A stretch of DNA of 63,438 bases, the filler included, from Phoronis australis (taxonomy: Eukaryota > Animalia > Phoronida), in assembly GCA_002633005.1 (NCBI GenBank). It is 9 parts of 9 records of this genome, joined end to end, with 100 filler letters (N's around TTAATTAATTAA, not from the genome) between each part and the next. Parts side by side here need not be neighbours in the genome. Positions count along the whole stretch, not along the records: positions 1 to 29,924 come from NMRA01000437.1; positions 30,025 to 36,737 come from NMRA01000395.1; positions 36,838 to 43,781 come from NMRA01000547.1; 6 more parts are not named here. One strand, 5' to 3'. Below the pieces are notes generated by a model. The model searched no databases. It had not been told where the DNA came from and saw nothing but the letters and a program-made list of their open reading frames with translations. This document shows, piece by piece, positions 27,131 to 39,199 of this stretch (position 1 is its first letter; each line of letters opens with the position of its first letter). The position numbers and the translations under genes are program-made.

Positions 27131-29250
27131 GCGATTGGTCAATTTCCAGGCTGAATCTTCAGGAAAGTTTTCTGGTCTCAGAGCTTGGAATGCAAGTACC
27201 CAGGGCTTACTTTTTTTCAAACAATAACAACAGAGCCAACTCTGACAAACTTAATAACAACTTTCAAATTGACACTTTCAACAGTAGCTCATTCGGCACA
27301 ATCATTTAGCCAATCACGCAGCATATTTTCAAACTACAATCTTCAGAGTAGTGGTTGTCTGAATCAAAAACGAAACCAGCTCATCACTGGCGAGCTCTTC
27401 AGAGAATTACTTAACCAATCAGGAACGGTCTCTAAACTAACACGCCAAGTCACTAACAAGCAAGTCTGTTGTCAAGGTTTGCGTGAACCGAAAATTAAAA
27501 AACAGTGCAAAAAATGACCGATGACTGCACAAAGCCAGTTTTGCCTCTAAGCACTGTAATTTACTCTCACTTACTCTTTGTTGGAGTTTTTGGTTTCTAA
27601 GCAGTTAAGGTAAAGCTACTGCCTTTATGGTGACACACACACACACACAAGCAGGTCAATAGCATTTAGAGCTACTGAACTTCATTCCGTTAATGAGTGA
27701 CCCATATCAGGTATTGTTTGTTTATACCACTCATGGATCTAGGATGTCTCAGAGGGGGGCAACCACAATTTTCGAGACCGCGAAAGCCCTAAAAATGGCA
27801 TGCATTCTGTTAGCATTTTTTTTTTTTTTGGTCCACTGAATCCCCTCTAAAGTCCCCTCTGTGTACAATGGTGGTAACAGCGAACACAGTCACGTTGACA
27901 CAAAACTGTTTGTCTGTGAAGTCTATAACCGTTCACTCATTGAAGGTCCAAGCACAACATTACCATCTTTTGTATATAATAAAAGCCAGTCTGAAGTGTC
28001 AGTCACACCAATACACAGACTAACATAGCAAATCTTGATACTGGAATACACAATTTTTTAACTAAATCGAAGTCCTTCAAGGTGAGCATTTCATTTTGAC
28101 GTGATTTTACTCACGGAAATCCAGTTGCATGTTGTGACATTAGACTAGAGTATAATAAAGAACAGGAAAGTGCATTTACAAAAATAAACAACCCAAACAC
28201 GAAAAACATTTCGCAAAATACTCTACGAAGAAACATAAAATTTGTAACATGGAAACTCCTTTGAAAAGATTTACAATCCCAAAGCAAAAGGACAACTCAC
28301 TCATGCAAACGGACACAAATTTTTGCACTTAGCAAAAATCACCGCAACTTAGAGCTCAGTCAATTGGCCCAGATGTGCTGGTCTGGTATGTGAACCAGTC
28401 TGCAATTATTTTTTTTAACTTTGAGCTAAAATATATAACAACCGTTAACAGGAGACTGATGATGCAGGTACAGTCTACGATGACAGCGCTGAGGATGAAG
28501 GTCACAACTGACAAGATTCTCAGTGTTGACAAGGTATTTTGATTCACAGATCTATTTTCTCTAGAACATTTACAGAGACCTACAGTATTCAACGCATCTA
28601 AACTATAAGCGAGAACGACAGAAGGCGGTCGTATAGAAACAAATCTCATAGCTAGACGAATACTGAGTAATCCAAACACTGTGAAATATGAAGTGGGCAT
28701 GATCGATTCAAATGCTTTTGAAAGGTGTTAACAATTCGTTGACCCAGCATTTAAATTCTAAGTCAGGCCCAAAACCAGCACTTGAATTTTCAACTTATAC
28801 AAAGTGGACTTCAAAATGCTCAGCTAAATCCATCCATAATTAATCTATGGGTGCCACCAGGAGAGGCAGTATGTTTGTCTGTCTGTTAGTACAGTGAAGC
28901 CAACAACCAATGCAATGGGCAAGGATGTGGATGTGATGGTGGAGAAAAACGAGATTTAAAGACGGCAATGGTGATGAGAGGTGATGATGACAATAACGAT
29001 GGTGAGATGTGATTATGACAATGATGATGGTGAAATCTGATGATCAAAAGATGTGACAATGACCATAACAATATGATTAGCATAAGGACAATGACAGAAA
29101 GCTCTTCCAACAATTACAAGGATTTATGTAACATTGCACCACTATCAGCCGTGCGAGTATACAGAAGTCGTCACAGGATTAAACCAAATCATTCAAATTT
29201 GACAGCGCTCGTCCTGCTTGACAATAGCTGCAGTCTTCACACCTGCATGT

Positions 29251-29361
29251 TCAGGAGGTTTCACACCCAAGTCTAGGCGCCCCCTCTTCCTCTTCATCAC
29301 TGTCCTCATCATCAGAATCATCGTCACTGGAACTCGATACTTGCTCCCCTTCCTCCCGTGC
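29251..29361 (-). CDS. Terminal exon with acidic tract and CaaX-like end (DCAF8-like C-terminus)
   Basis: ttccag| acceptor, then AREEGEQVSSSSDDDSDDEDSDEEEEGAPRLGCETS*. No upstream exons were found before the linker. The DCAF8 resemblance is from recall only. Confidence 0.65.
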   Translation of the reverse strand, partial: AREEGEQVSSSSDDDSDDEDSDEEEEGAPRLGCETS

Positions 29362-29924
29362 CTGGAACAGCAGACACTACACGTGACAAACCAACCACTG
29401 ACTCGTGCAACACGGACAGCTACACTAAACTCTGTAGCAGACAACACAACGTTTCAGACTCGAAAAGTTAATCACTACAAGTATCTGTTCAGCTACTATA
29501 GACTCCAGTTCCATCGAAAACCCATTGCCAACTTTTTATTTAAGCAATTTAGTTTAACTACGGTTAAATATTAAGCACTACATCTCATGTAATGGGGCAC
29601 TAAACCTTGTACTCGACTATGAGTACAGAATCACATCAAGCAAAAGTGCAATGGACACCAAAAGTAATAGACAAAATGACTCGGAATTTACTGTCATGCA
29701 GGCTGCGCACAAGCTGAGTCCATCATCAGGTTAGCCTTTCTTCGTGACCAAGAATCATGAAAGGAACAAGAAAATAAGTAAGGTGGCTAATCCATGCTGT
29801 AATTAGTCATTACCAGTCATTTTTGTAGTCAGTCAAATCAGGGGCTACGACTGAGTAACGGTATGTTGTCTGGTTAGTTTTGTCGTGCAAAGCACACCAA
29901 CACCTACCCTCCTGCGAGCTGATC

Positions 29925-30024
29925 NNNNNNNNNNNNNNNNNNNNNNNNNNNNNNNNNNNNNNNNNNNNTTAATTAATTAANNNNNNNNNNNNNNNNNNNN
30001 NNNNNNNNNNNNNNNNNNNNNNNN
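29925..30024. other. Artificial contig linker N44-TTAATTAATTAA-N44 (also at 36738, 43782, 45896, 49865, 55399, 57745, 60438)
   Basis: An identical 100-nt spacer with stops in all six frames occurs 8 times. Confidence 0.97.
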
Positions 30025-30692
30025 ATAAAACTGCCACTAGGGGGCACACTGGTAGGCGGATCCGTCCAAAAGTTGTCATCGTCTGTTGTTAACATCATAT
30101 AAATACACTTATTAAATTTCGTAAAGATCCTGCGAACGGTTTAGGAGATACAGCCATAGGCGCAAAAAAAAAAAACTGCCACTAGGAGGCGCCACAGTAG
30201 TCCAAATTGTCTGAAAATCACTGTTGAGCTATCCTCTTTATAGTAAGCACATACATGCCAATTTTCACAATCATCCTTTGAGCGGTTTGGTTGATAGAGG
30301 GGTGGACGCAAAAATACAGACTTGAAAACAGTAAAAATGGCCACTAGGTGGCGCAAACTACGTTGAATCCATCTGAAAACAGGTGGATAGTGTCATCTCA
30401 CTAATAGGTGCCTACATACCAAATTTCATGAAAATCCGTTCAGGACTTTGAAGATACAAAGGTAAGCGTAAAAAACTAAAATTGCCACTAGGGGGCACAC
30501 CGGTAGTCGGATCCGTCCGAAAGTTCACACATGCCGTCCCATTCATGAATGAAACATATGTGCCAAATTTCATGAACGTATGTCAAAGGGTTTTGGAGAT
30601 AAAGCAGCGGACGCCGGACGGACGCCGCCCAGACGGACGGAGATGACGGCATAATGCGTCTACATATAAATATGTGGGCACATAATAAAATA
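30025..30692 (+). mobile_element. Helentron/DINE-like non-autonomous repeat with four CTCF-like motifs
   Basis: Internal ~150-bp modules, CCAAATTTCATGAA boxes, a GACG microsatellite and a terminal hairpin CTACATAT-AA-ATATGTGG. A near-identical copy lies at 45340-45895. Confidence 0.7.
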
Positions 30693-31103
30693 ACATACTG
30701 GATGGAAATCAGTGTTCAATACACACTTCAAAGCACTAGGGGCCAGTTGATTCACATTCCTACATTTCTGAGGCCCATTGGTGTCTACTAGCAGGGAACA
30801 ATGCATACTGGAAAAATTAAACGGATCATGTGGTACTTTTATCCATGGAAAATATTCATTAATAAATAACCAAGAAATGAAGCAGATGTTTTTATTTCCC
30901 AAGATTTGACTATTAATTTCAACTTTTCAAAATTGTTTCCAGGGTGATGCACACAAAAATTCAACATTCGTCTTCTATAGGTCAATTGCGCCAAATAATT
31001 CAAAAATGAAACCTCAGGCAAACATTGACTAACTTTTTTATTTGACAATTAAGCTAAAAAGTAGAGTACAAAACTAAAGTGTTGAGAACTGGCAAATCTG
31101 AAC

Positions 31104-34100
31104 CTGAGACTTCAGTTTCCTGTGAAGCTCTGTGAAGAGTGCAGCCTCTCTTGTACGACTTTGACGAACTACTGAAATGAAGAAACAGAAATTTTCGAAG
31201 ATTAAAGTCTTTTTATTAATAGAACGTGTAAAGGGTGACATTATCAGTGAAAGACTACATAAATACTTTTTATCAAGGTATTCCATGTATCAGGGCTTGG
31301 AATGAGAAATGGCGAAAAACGCGGAAAATGGCCCGAAACATGCGCGCAGCCGGCTTTGAATAAGTCGGTGTGGACCTTTTGCAGACAGAAATTGGGAGGA
31401 CTAAAAAAAAAATAAATAAAAATAAACGGTACCACCTCCCGAAGCGTGCGTCAGCGTCTGTCTTAGCTCGTCCGCCACTCCCGCCTTCAAACACTTTTGG
31501 GTCCATAGTCGTAGTATTTGTCACCGCGGTTTACAATCATACGAGCCGCCATTGAGGAAATCCACCACGCTTTTCCCAGATGCCCCGGCAATGTTGACAA
31601 TTTACATTCCTCCGAAACATAAAGCGCAACTTCCGCTTTTCGAGGTGAAAGTCGTCGGCAACGCGGCGGTAAGAAAGAAATTTGCCGCGAATATTTTATA
31701 TGAAATCCGATTTTTTTTACGCGGAAATATAATAAAATACGCGGAAAGAACATTTGAAAAAAGCGGAAATCCACGTTTCCGCGGAAAATTCCAAGCCCTG
31801 ATATATAATTTGATCTTTAGAAATAATTTTCAGGGAAAAATGAGGTCCCTCAAGAGGAAACCGGAAAGAGAAGAGTGCCACCTTCAGGAAGAGTTAACAC
31901 TGCTTGAACATTGAAAAAAATAAAATGGCAAGGGAGTCAACTTTGCATGTTCACACAATTATTTGAGTACCTTGTTGCAGACAGGCCCTCAGTTCGCAGT
32001 ACTGACGCATCCCTAGGATACATAAATATACTAGAACTCTACCAAAGACCCACCAGTTCATTACCAGAAAATCAAGCTTTTATTTTCGGCTACGATGTTT
32101 GAATTTTTAAGCAAACATTTCGTTTTCTGCTTATGCTGGAACTTACAGATTCCAACACCTGCTGGCATACAGATGAAAGGCAATGAGGTTTTTATCACAG
32201 ACTGCATTTGATAAAATTTCTGTTTTACTGTCCCCATTCAATAAATAGAAATCAAAAATTATGTGAATTCTGATACCTGCAAGTGAATTATGGAATATTG
32301 CTAGAAACATCCAAAACAAGTCTTCCATTTTAGTCATTTCCAATGATACTGGACAGGCAGGATGCCTCAGGACAGGCAAGGTGCCTCAGGACAGGCAGGG
32401 TGCCTCAGGCTACTGAAAGTGATCTCATGATACAGGGCTTGGAATGACCAATGACAAAAAACACGGAAACTTTTACGGCCCAAATCATGCCCCGATAACC
32501 AGCCTTGAAATGGTCAATGTGAACTTTTCCCCGACAACAATCGGGAGGACTCAAAAAAAAAAAAACGTTACCACCATCAGTACCATGCGTCTGCGTCCTG
32601 TATTTGTCGCCGCGTTTAACAGTAACACGAGACGCCATTGAAAATCCCACCACGCTGTCCCAGATGCCCCGGCAATGTTGACAATTTACGTTCCTCCGAA
32701 ACATAAAGAGCAACTTCCGCTTTTCGAGGTGAACGTCGTCTGCAACGCTGCGGTAGGAAAGGAATTTGCCACGGAAATTTTATATCAAATCCGATTTTTT
32801 ACGCGGATATATTATAAAAAAAGCGGAAAGCACATTTGAAAAAAGGGGAAATCTGCGTTTCCGCGGAAAATTCCAAGCCCTGATGATACTGAACAGGAAT
32901 GGTGCCTCAGGCAACTAAAAGTGATCTCATGATACTGGACAGGCAGGGTGCCTCAGGACAGGCAGGGTGCCTCAGGACAGGTAGGGTGCCTCAGGACAGG
33001 CAGGGTGCCTCAGGTAACTAAAAGTGATCTCATGATACTGATCAGGCAGGGTGCCTCAGGACAGGCAGGGTGCAGGGCTTGGAATGACCAATGACAAAAA
33101 AGCGGAAATTTTTACGACCCAAAACATGCGCGCTACCCAGTCATGAAATACTCGATGTAGACCTTTTACCGACAAAAAGCGGGAGGACTAAAAAAAAACA
33201 CGGTACCACCTCCAGAAGCATCCGCCTGCGTCTTTTTAGCTCGTCCGCCCACTCCCGCCTCCACACATTTTTGGCTGCAGAGTCGTAGTATTTGACACCG
33301 CTGATTACAATCACACGAGACGCCATTGCAAAATCCACCATGCTATTCCAGATGCCTGGCAATGTCGACAATTTACGTTCCTCCGAAACATAAAGAGCAA
33401 CTACCGCTTTTCGAGGTGAAAGTCGTCGGCAACGCTGTGGTAAGGAAGAAATTTGCCGCGGAAATTTTATATCAATTCCGATTTTTTTTACGCGGAAAAA
33501 TAACAAAATACGCGGACAGAACATTTGAAAAAAGCGAAAATCCGCGTTTCCGCGGAAAATTCCAAGCCTTGAGGGTGCCTCAGGCTACTAAAAATGACAT
33601 TACCAGTGAGAAAAATCTTTTCTTGAGATCAGCCCTATTGCGGAATTAAACCTGAAGCTCTAGTGTCGCAAACAACAGCTGTACTTGTCCATCTAAATCC
33701 AACTCGCTTTATGTCAGAGTATTTTAAACATGTTTAACTAGTAAAGCCAATGACCTTGGTTTTGGTGAATATCTGGCAGACAACGAAGGCGAGAATTGGT
33801 GACTTGTAATAAAATGGTAAAAACACAGGCTTTATTGCTCTATAGATCTGGTCCAAGCTAATCTTCGAAGTCTGTACCATTCAGGTATAATCAGCTGTAA
33901 ACATGATAGTGTCCCTTTAATAATAGAAACTGAATGAAACTTACATCTTTTCTTAATCTTCTCACACACTTGAAACTCATCAACATCGTTAGCTTGGTTG
34001 ATATTGCTACAAAACATAATTTTAACAAGATGATTTTCTTCCTAGCAATGTATATATACTAGGCTAATAACTTCACAAATGTTACAATAATCATATTATC

Positions 34101-35719
34101 GACTCTAATTTACTGTCAAATATTACTTTTTGGATGAGTTTCTGATCAAATTGGTATATAAAACTATAAAAGGCATTTTAAACTTTTCAAGCCAATTTAC
34201 CTCAAGACTAAGTTGACAGATTTAAATTTTAAGTGTGGCACTGTGAGCAAGCTCCGAAATGTCTACCTGTCCTTAGCTTTTCAATCATAGCCCCGATATA
34301 CCCACTTCGGGACTATTCAAAAACTTCCATTAAATACTGTTCAGCAAAAGTTCCATATCCAATGTGTTCTTTTCAACCATGCGCAAATTACAGCAAAGCA
34401 TTCTTCCTAACTATGAGTTGTTTCTGGAACATTTTAAATAATTTTGCCAGATGTGTAGAGAATTAACATACTACTCATTCCTCGATTTTTTATCAGACTT
34501 ACAGATTAAATGCTCAAGACATTAAAAAGAAGGAATTCCAACAGTCAACCTATGTTTATATCTACACCAACCTAGCCAAGATGCGAAGAGCAGTGTTCAG
34601 GCAGTCGGTGCTTTCATCTGAAAGAAGTTAAACAATGGATTAGTTGTTGATCACAATCATTAATTATAAACGAGCTAACCCTGGCCATACCGGTATCACA
34701 GTATAGAAAACAATGTTCATCACCAAACAGATGATTCATGTATTGAAAAGCAGGTGAGTAAAAATAAATGACAATGTTCAAGGTACAGTTTCTGCACTCT
34801 TGTTGTTCCAGAATGCATTCTGCAAATGACGGGTTGTTAATGTTTCCTTACAGATAAAATCTGACACAAAATTAGTGTCACTAAAAACTAGTCTTCCTTG
34901 AGTTAACTAAATTATTTAACGGTGTTGGAAAAAATGGTGTCCTACCGTTATTCTGCTGCTAAAGTTATGGAGCCATCTTTAGCGACGGCTTTCGGCGCCA
35001 TGAAATATTGCGTCACCTATTGGTCAGTTTCTTTTTTCGCCGATTCTTCAATCAACTATTGTTCTTACACGAGGTAGCGTACACGTCACAACAAATTATG
35101 CATGGGAACTGGTTTCACTTTATTATAAGTTTTTTAAATTTTTGATACCGAAAAAACGAATTTCAGAAGAAATTTTGCTGTTGACAAGCTATCATCATCT
35201 CCCGAGAGACGTCACAAAAATTTAGGAAATGGCGCGAGCGTACTGTTTTCAAAACGACATACTTTTCATTGTTAGAAAAGGTGGAGAGTTACGCAAGAAA
35301 ATGCTGTTTATTGCATTGTTTTTCACTTAAACGGCTGTAACGGGCAAGGTGAGTGTCGGTTGATTCCCAGATTTTGCATGCACCCCCTCAGGTCTTTAGC
35401 TTTACAGGTTGAAACAAGTTTCACGGCGAGGTGACGAGCAGACCTACCCTGGCTGTGTGCAATTCCCGGGTCTATGGAAGAAATAAACACAGTGGTACCT
35501 AGCTGTATTTTGACGACAGTCTTCATACAGCTAGCTGGCTGGCTAGGATCCTACAATTCTTGGCATGACAAGTAAAAGAAACGGAATCTGCATGAATAGT
35601 CACAAAAATATGAGAAAGCTGTAGACGGAATGGTAACACGTACTTTCTGTTTTACCAGTGATCCTGGAACATAACTTTTGTAAAATGCTAGCATTCTCCT
35701 TAAAGTCAACACTGGACAT
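31104..35719 (-). CDS. TUBGCP3: Gamma-tubulin complex component 3, N-terminal 80 aa (4 exons; 3'-truncated by contig end)
   Basis: Exons 35656-35719, 34572-34617, 33945-34006 and 31104-31171 splice in phase to MSSVDFKENASILQKLCSRITDESTDCLNTALRILASNINQANDVDEFQVCEKIKKRLVRQSRTREAALFTELHRKLKSQ. This matches the GCP3 N-terminus as recalled (LLQNLCCRI...DEFLVAEKIKKELIRQ...AALFSELHRKLHSQ). Confidence 0.9.
31291..31800 (+). mobile_element. hAT-like MITE copy 1 (TIR CAGGGCTTGGAA)
   Basis: 12-bp TIRs; flanks ATGTAT/ATATAT form a 6-bp TSD with one mismatch. Confidence 0.9.
32433..32882 (+). mobile_element. hAT-like MITE copy 2
   Basis: Same TIRs; perfect 6-bp TSD ATGATA. Confidence 0.9.
33073..33571 (+). 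mobile_element. hAT-like MITE copy 3
   Basis: Same TIRs with one mismatch; perfect 6-bp TSD AGGGTG. Confidence 0.9.
34852..35546 (+). mobile_element. Dispersed ~700-bp repeat (family ending CTAGCTGGCTGGCTA), in TUBGCP3 intron 1
   Basis: Colinear with the reverse complement of 52306-53038; an internally deleted copy lies at 42203-42316. Confidence 0.85.
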
Positions 35720-35989
35720 TTCAACTTCTGTACTTCTGTCCTCACGAAGGACTTGTTTTTCCGCGCCTTGACTGAGATGTTCGAGAAGGGTACTTATATT
35801 CAGTTTCGTATAAAATCATAACAGTAATGTAGATCAGTATTAAACTAACATTGAATAAACGGTTGGAATAACAAAGAAGAATAAATATCAACTGCAAGAA
35901 ATTGATTCCCAATAACGATGTCCATTCAATTAATTGCCACAGTAAATACCAAGAATTCGAAATTAAAGTTACGAAAACGCCACATTTTA

Positions 35990-36030
35990 ACTTTCCATCA
36001 ACTTCCGCCTTTCGCGAGGTTGGCCGCTTC
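35990..36030 (-). promoter_or_regulatory. Candidate housekeeping promoter of TUBGCP3
   Basis: ETS-like ACTTCCG and a TCGCGA palindrome about 280 bp upstream of the ATG. Confidence 0.3.
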
Positions 36031-36837
36031 GTGATTTTGTTGTTGAAAATGAAGAACTGGTGAGCCAAGCAAGTTACGATGTCTAACTTTGTTCGTCGAT
36101 GTATACGACGAATTGGTTTAGCTACGGTGAGTCAAAACACCATTTTCATTTCTTGCTTGTTGAATACTGCCAGCCAGCTACGTCATAATTTTGCACTGGG
36201 TCCGTGTCTGACTGTGTACACAGAAAGTGATAGTCAAGTGACCTAATTATCGGACGTTTTGGCACACTTTACATTATATTTAATTGAAAATACTATGGAT
36301 TGTTGTAAATTCTTCGCTGAAATAAAGACTTACCTTTAAGGAATTGTTCTGTTACTATATCTTTTCACCAACAAAAGGCACATTTATATTTAGGCAATGA
36401 CCATCGCCTCTGTTGGCCCGAACCAGAGGCGATGCAGAGGCTATAGGCGCTCTGTACGCCGGAAGCTTTTCGGCGAATTATGCCTTGCACCGACTAAACC
36501 ATCAAAGTCACATTGTTATAAATACCTTTTGCGCATAGAGGAACACCTTAGGAGGTTGTCGATGTGTTTAATTCCTTCCAACTCGAACAAATACTCCCGT
36601 TATGAAACTTTTTCTTCGAGCAGTCCCTATTTCAGTTCCCAAAATCGTGAAATCAACTTTTTCATTTTTTTAACCAGGCCGAAGGTCAGAAGTTGCGGAC
36701 TTACCGGCGAACTTTGAAAGCTGAAGTTCCCGCCCTTNNNNNNNNNNNNNNNNNNNNNNNNNNNNNNNNNNNNNNNNNNNNTTAATTAATTAANNNNNNN
36801 NNNNNNNNNNNNNNNNNNNNNNNNNNNNNNNNNNNNN

Positions 36838-37246
36838 GCGTTCTTAAACTTTGCAAACAAGGGAAGAAAATAAAGTGACAAAAAGGTTCAAGTATTATAT
36901 TTTGAAGTGAGTTCATGACCCAAGACAATAACTCGTTACCTGTATTGTAATTCAGATTGCTAAACCACCGTCTCGGAGTCCCGGCGTCGTTGTACTCATT
37001 GTGATCGTCGATCTTTTTCTAAAAGACGGGGAATCGCGCATTTCCTTAGCAATAGGCGCTAAATCTTCATTCTTTAAAAGTCGGGGATGGGCGCTTAACC
37101 GAGAGGTGGGCGCTTAACTGCATGGAAATCTTCAAAAATAGCAGGGGGGCGCTTAACTGAGCAGTGGGCGGTTAAATCGAAAATCCACCTAAAGTAGGGG
37201 GTGGGCAGTTAACTGAGCATGGGCGTTAACCCGAACGATTACGGTA
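36838..37246 (+). mobile_element. Right end of a Tc1/mariner-like non-autonomous element
   Basis: About six GGGCGCTTAAC subterminal repeats ending ...ATTACGGTA; the internal part recurs inverted at 41672-41850. Confidence 0.55.
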
Positions 37247-38806
37247 TACGCAACTTCGAAGAACAGTTCAATCGCTTGTTGTACTTGGAAGAAAACTGGC
37301 CAATAAGGCAACAGGTGACGGTGCCGAAAGCTGACCTAAAGAAACTCAGCCTTTGTGTAAAATTTTATTTAAATCAGTTTTTACCCACATCGGCGCAATA
37401 TCTGTATATTTGGTAGACGGCCGTTGAGGCCCCCTGCCTGGCCTTATGCAGAACGGCATCGTTCCATCCACTGATAGTCAACACTACATGGCAGTAAACT
37501 TGTATTATGAACTTTTGAGACCCAAGGTCGCACATGAGTTGTACATAACAGTTCTGTAGCTGAGAGGGATTCACCCAGTGAGCGATATACATAATAAGCT
37601 TAATTTATCTCACTGCCTTCAACCACGGTACAGCCTCAGTGACGTCAGAGGCGTGTTAGCCAATTGGAATTAACATTGGAAAACATTTTTTTACAAAAAT
37701 GTGAAAGAATAACAAAGATGTGATTTCTGATTCAGACTTCAAACATAAACTAAGTTACATTAAAAATGCATCTTTTAGTACTTCAGGAACCTTTTAAGGA
37801 TAACATACAGAAGTCATCGTTGAGTTTAAGAGCAAAAGCTCTAAATGAATCACTATCATTATAGTGAGAGGACTTGATTTGGCAAAAGAGGAAACAAACT
37901 TCCCCCACAGAAGCAGTCTGCTCAAGGTTTATGCCCAAGCTGCCAGAATATACATTTGCATATCAACAGTGAACACCATAAACAGGCAGAAGCCTCTCCA
38001 CCTGATAACTATATTGGAATGTGTTTATATCCTGTAGTTACATAATATGCTATCCTGTTGTTGTTTATGGTTTACTGGTTCCTGTTCTGTAGTAGTCAGT
38101 ACTGTATTAGTCATATATTCCTAGAACCTATTGACTTCCTGTACATTTCTGTATATATATTCTATTATTTGTTGATATGAATACACTTTTAGTTGACAGC
38201 CAACTGGGCAACTTGTCTTTATCTCCAATGACTTTTCACACCACACTCAAGTTCCCAATATATATAGGTAACATATCAACAGTAGTCTGTCAGAATAGAC
38301 ATCAGCTTAACAGCAATGGACACCACACATTCACAATGTTGTTACATTGTGCTTCTATAACTAATTTGACCCAACAATCACAGAGATCAGGATTAAGCGT
38401 ACAAGTTCCATTTCAAAAAGACGGTCTTAAGTCAAAATTTGCATAAAAGGAAAATGATATATTGATTTAGAAAGCTGTAAGGAACTTTTGAGGATTATTT
38501 ATTGAACACTTTCATCAAAAGAAATTTGTTGATTTTATTCACTGTTGTTGAGGTGTGAAATGTGAATGTAAATTTCTTTTACCTACGGTATATTTCACTA
38601 ACATAACTAGTCGACGTGACCCAATTAATGGGAGATTGATATAAAGTCAACAATATCAGCATTGATATGAACCCACCGTGTCAATGGCAGACATTGTAGA
38701 TAAAAGGTAAAACCATTGCTTTAAACACAATGATCATTAAAGACAGCAATGTTTTTAGCCTTTGGGGTTTGAACAACATTCCCAAATATCAAACTTCAAT
38801 ACTTAC

Positions 38807-38872
38807 CCCAGCAGTTGCCTGGTCCTGCCACAAGGGGTTGCACTGGCACAGTTCTTGTAACAGTGGAATCAC
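38807..38872 (-). CDS. Orphan 66-nt internal exon of an unidentified gene
   Basis: ttgtcag| acceptor and GGG|GTAAGT donor; open in two frames (VIPLLQELCQCNPLWQDQATAG or GDSTVTRTVPVQPLVAGPGNCW). Confidence 0.45.
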
Positions 38873-39199
38873 CTGACAACAGACAGACAACATAACAAAC
38901 AACTGTAGTTTTCAAAAAACGAGTGAAATGTGTTCTCCCCTACTTAAGAAAATCGACACAAAAAGGCAACTGCTTTTCTGTTGACATCTAGGTTAGGATA
39001 AAATCTGACCAATCTAGAGCACAATATGGAAGACAATAGAAATTTATTTTTTCACTGTTTCTTAAAAGATTAGTATGACAAAGAGAATGTTACAGTTGTG
39101 AAGATCTATACTATAGCAAACATCAGACAATAACAGTGACAAAAAAGGGGAATATTCAAGACTATGTTAGAAGCCTTTTGAAAATAAAATTAAGCAATA

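Larger units (their letters stand above)
32348..33592 (+). repeat. 19-bp minisatellite (GGACAGGCAGGGTGCCTCA) with a longer variant unit, interrupted by MITE copies 2 and 3
   Basis: Units are visible at 32351-32410, 32937-33072 and 33572-33590. Confidence 0.85.

Noticed and set aside
28445-28730. Protein-like + strand fragments (DDAGTVYDDSAEDEG; LEHLQRPTVFNASKL*ARTTEGG...)
   Set aside because: Interrupted by stops, with no recognisable family.
28886-29113. His-rich/hydrophobic ORF
   Set aside because: Degenerate GAT/GAC low-complexity sequence in a probable 3'UTR.
29251-31171. In-frame splice of TUBGCP3 exon 4 to the acidic CaaX exon, giving a novel short prenylated GCP3
   Set aside because: The join crosses an artificial linker and a phase match has a 1-in-3 chance. 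GCP3 normally continues with a different sequence.
31273-33649. Similar 60-127 aa ORFs repeated three times (e.g. 31552-31914, 33326-33649, 33141-33524)
   Set aside because: They are chance reading frames inside MITE copies, and the frames are not conserved among copies.
31971-33692. Three exon-like pieces (41, 55 and 42 nt) in TUBGCP3 intron 3 that together preserve frame
   Set aside because: They were picked post hoc, would insert 46 aa into a conserved helical region, and have no homology support. Only RNA-seq could rescue them.
33755-33894. Apparent exon with in-frame TGA (SDYT*MVQTSK...) suggesting selenocysteine or readthrough
   Set aside because: It needs a 50-nt intron, and the GCP3 alignment is continuous without it (KIKKR|LVRQ).
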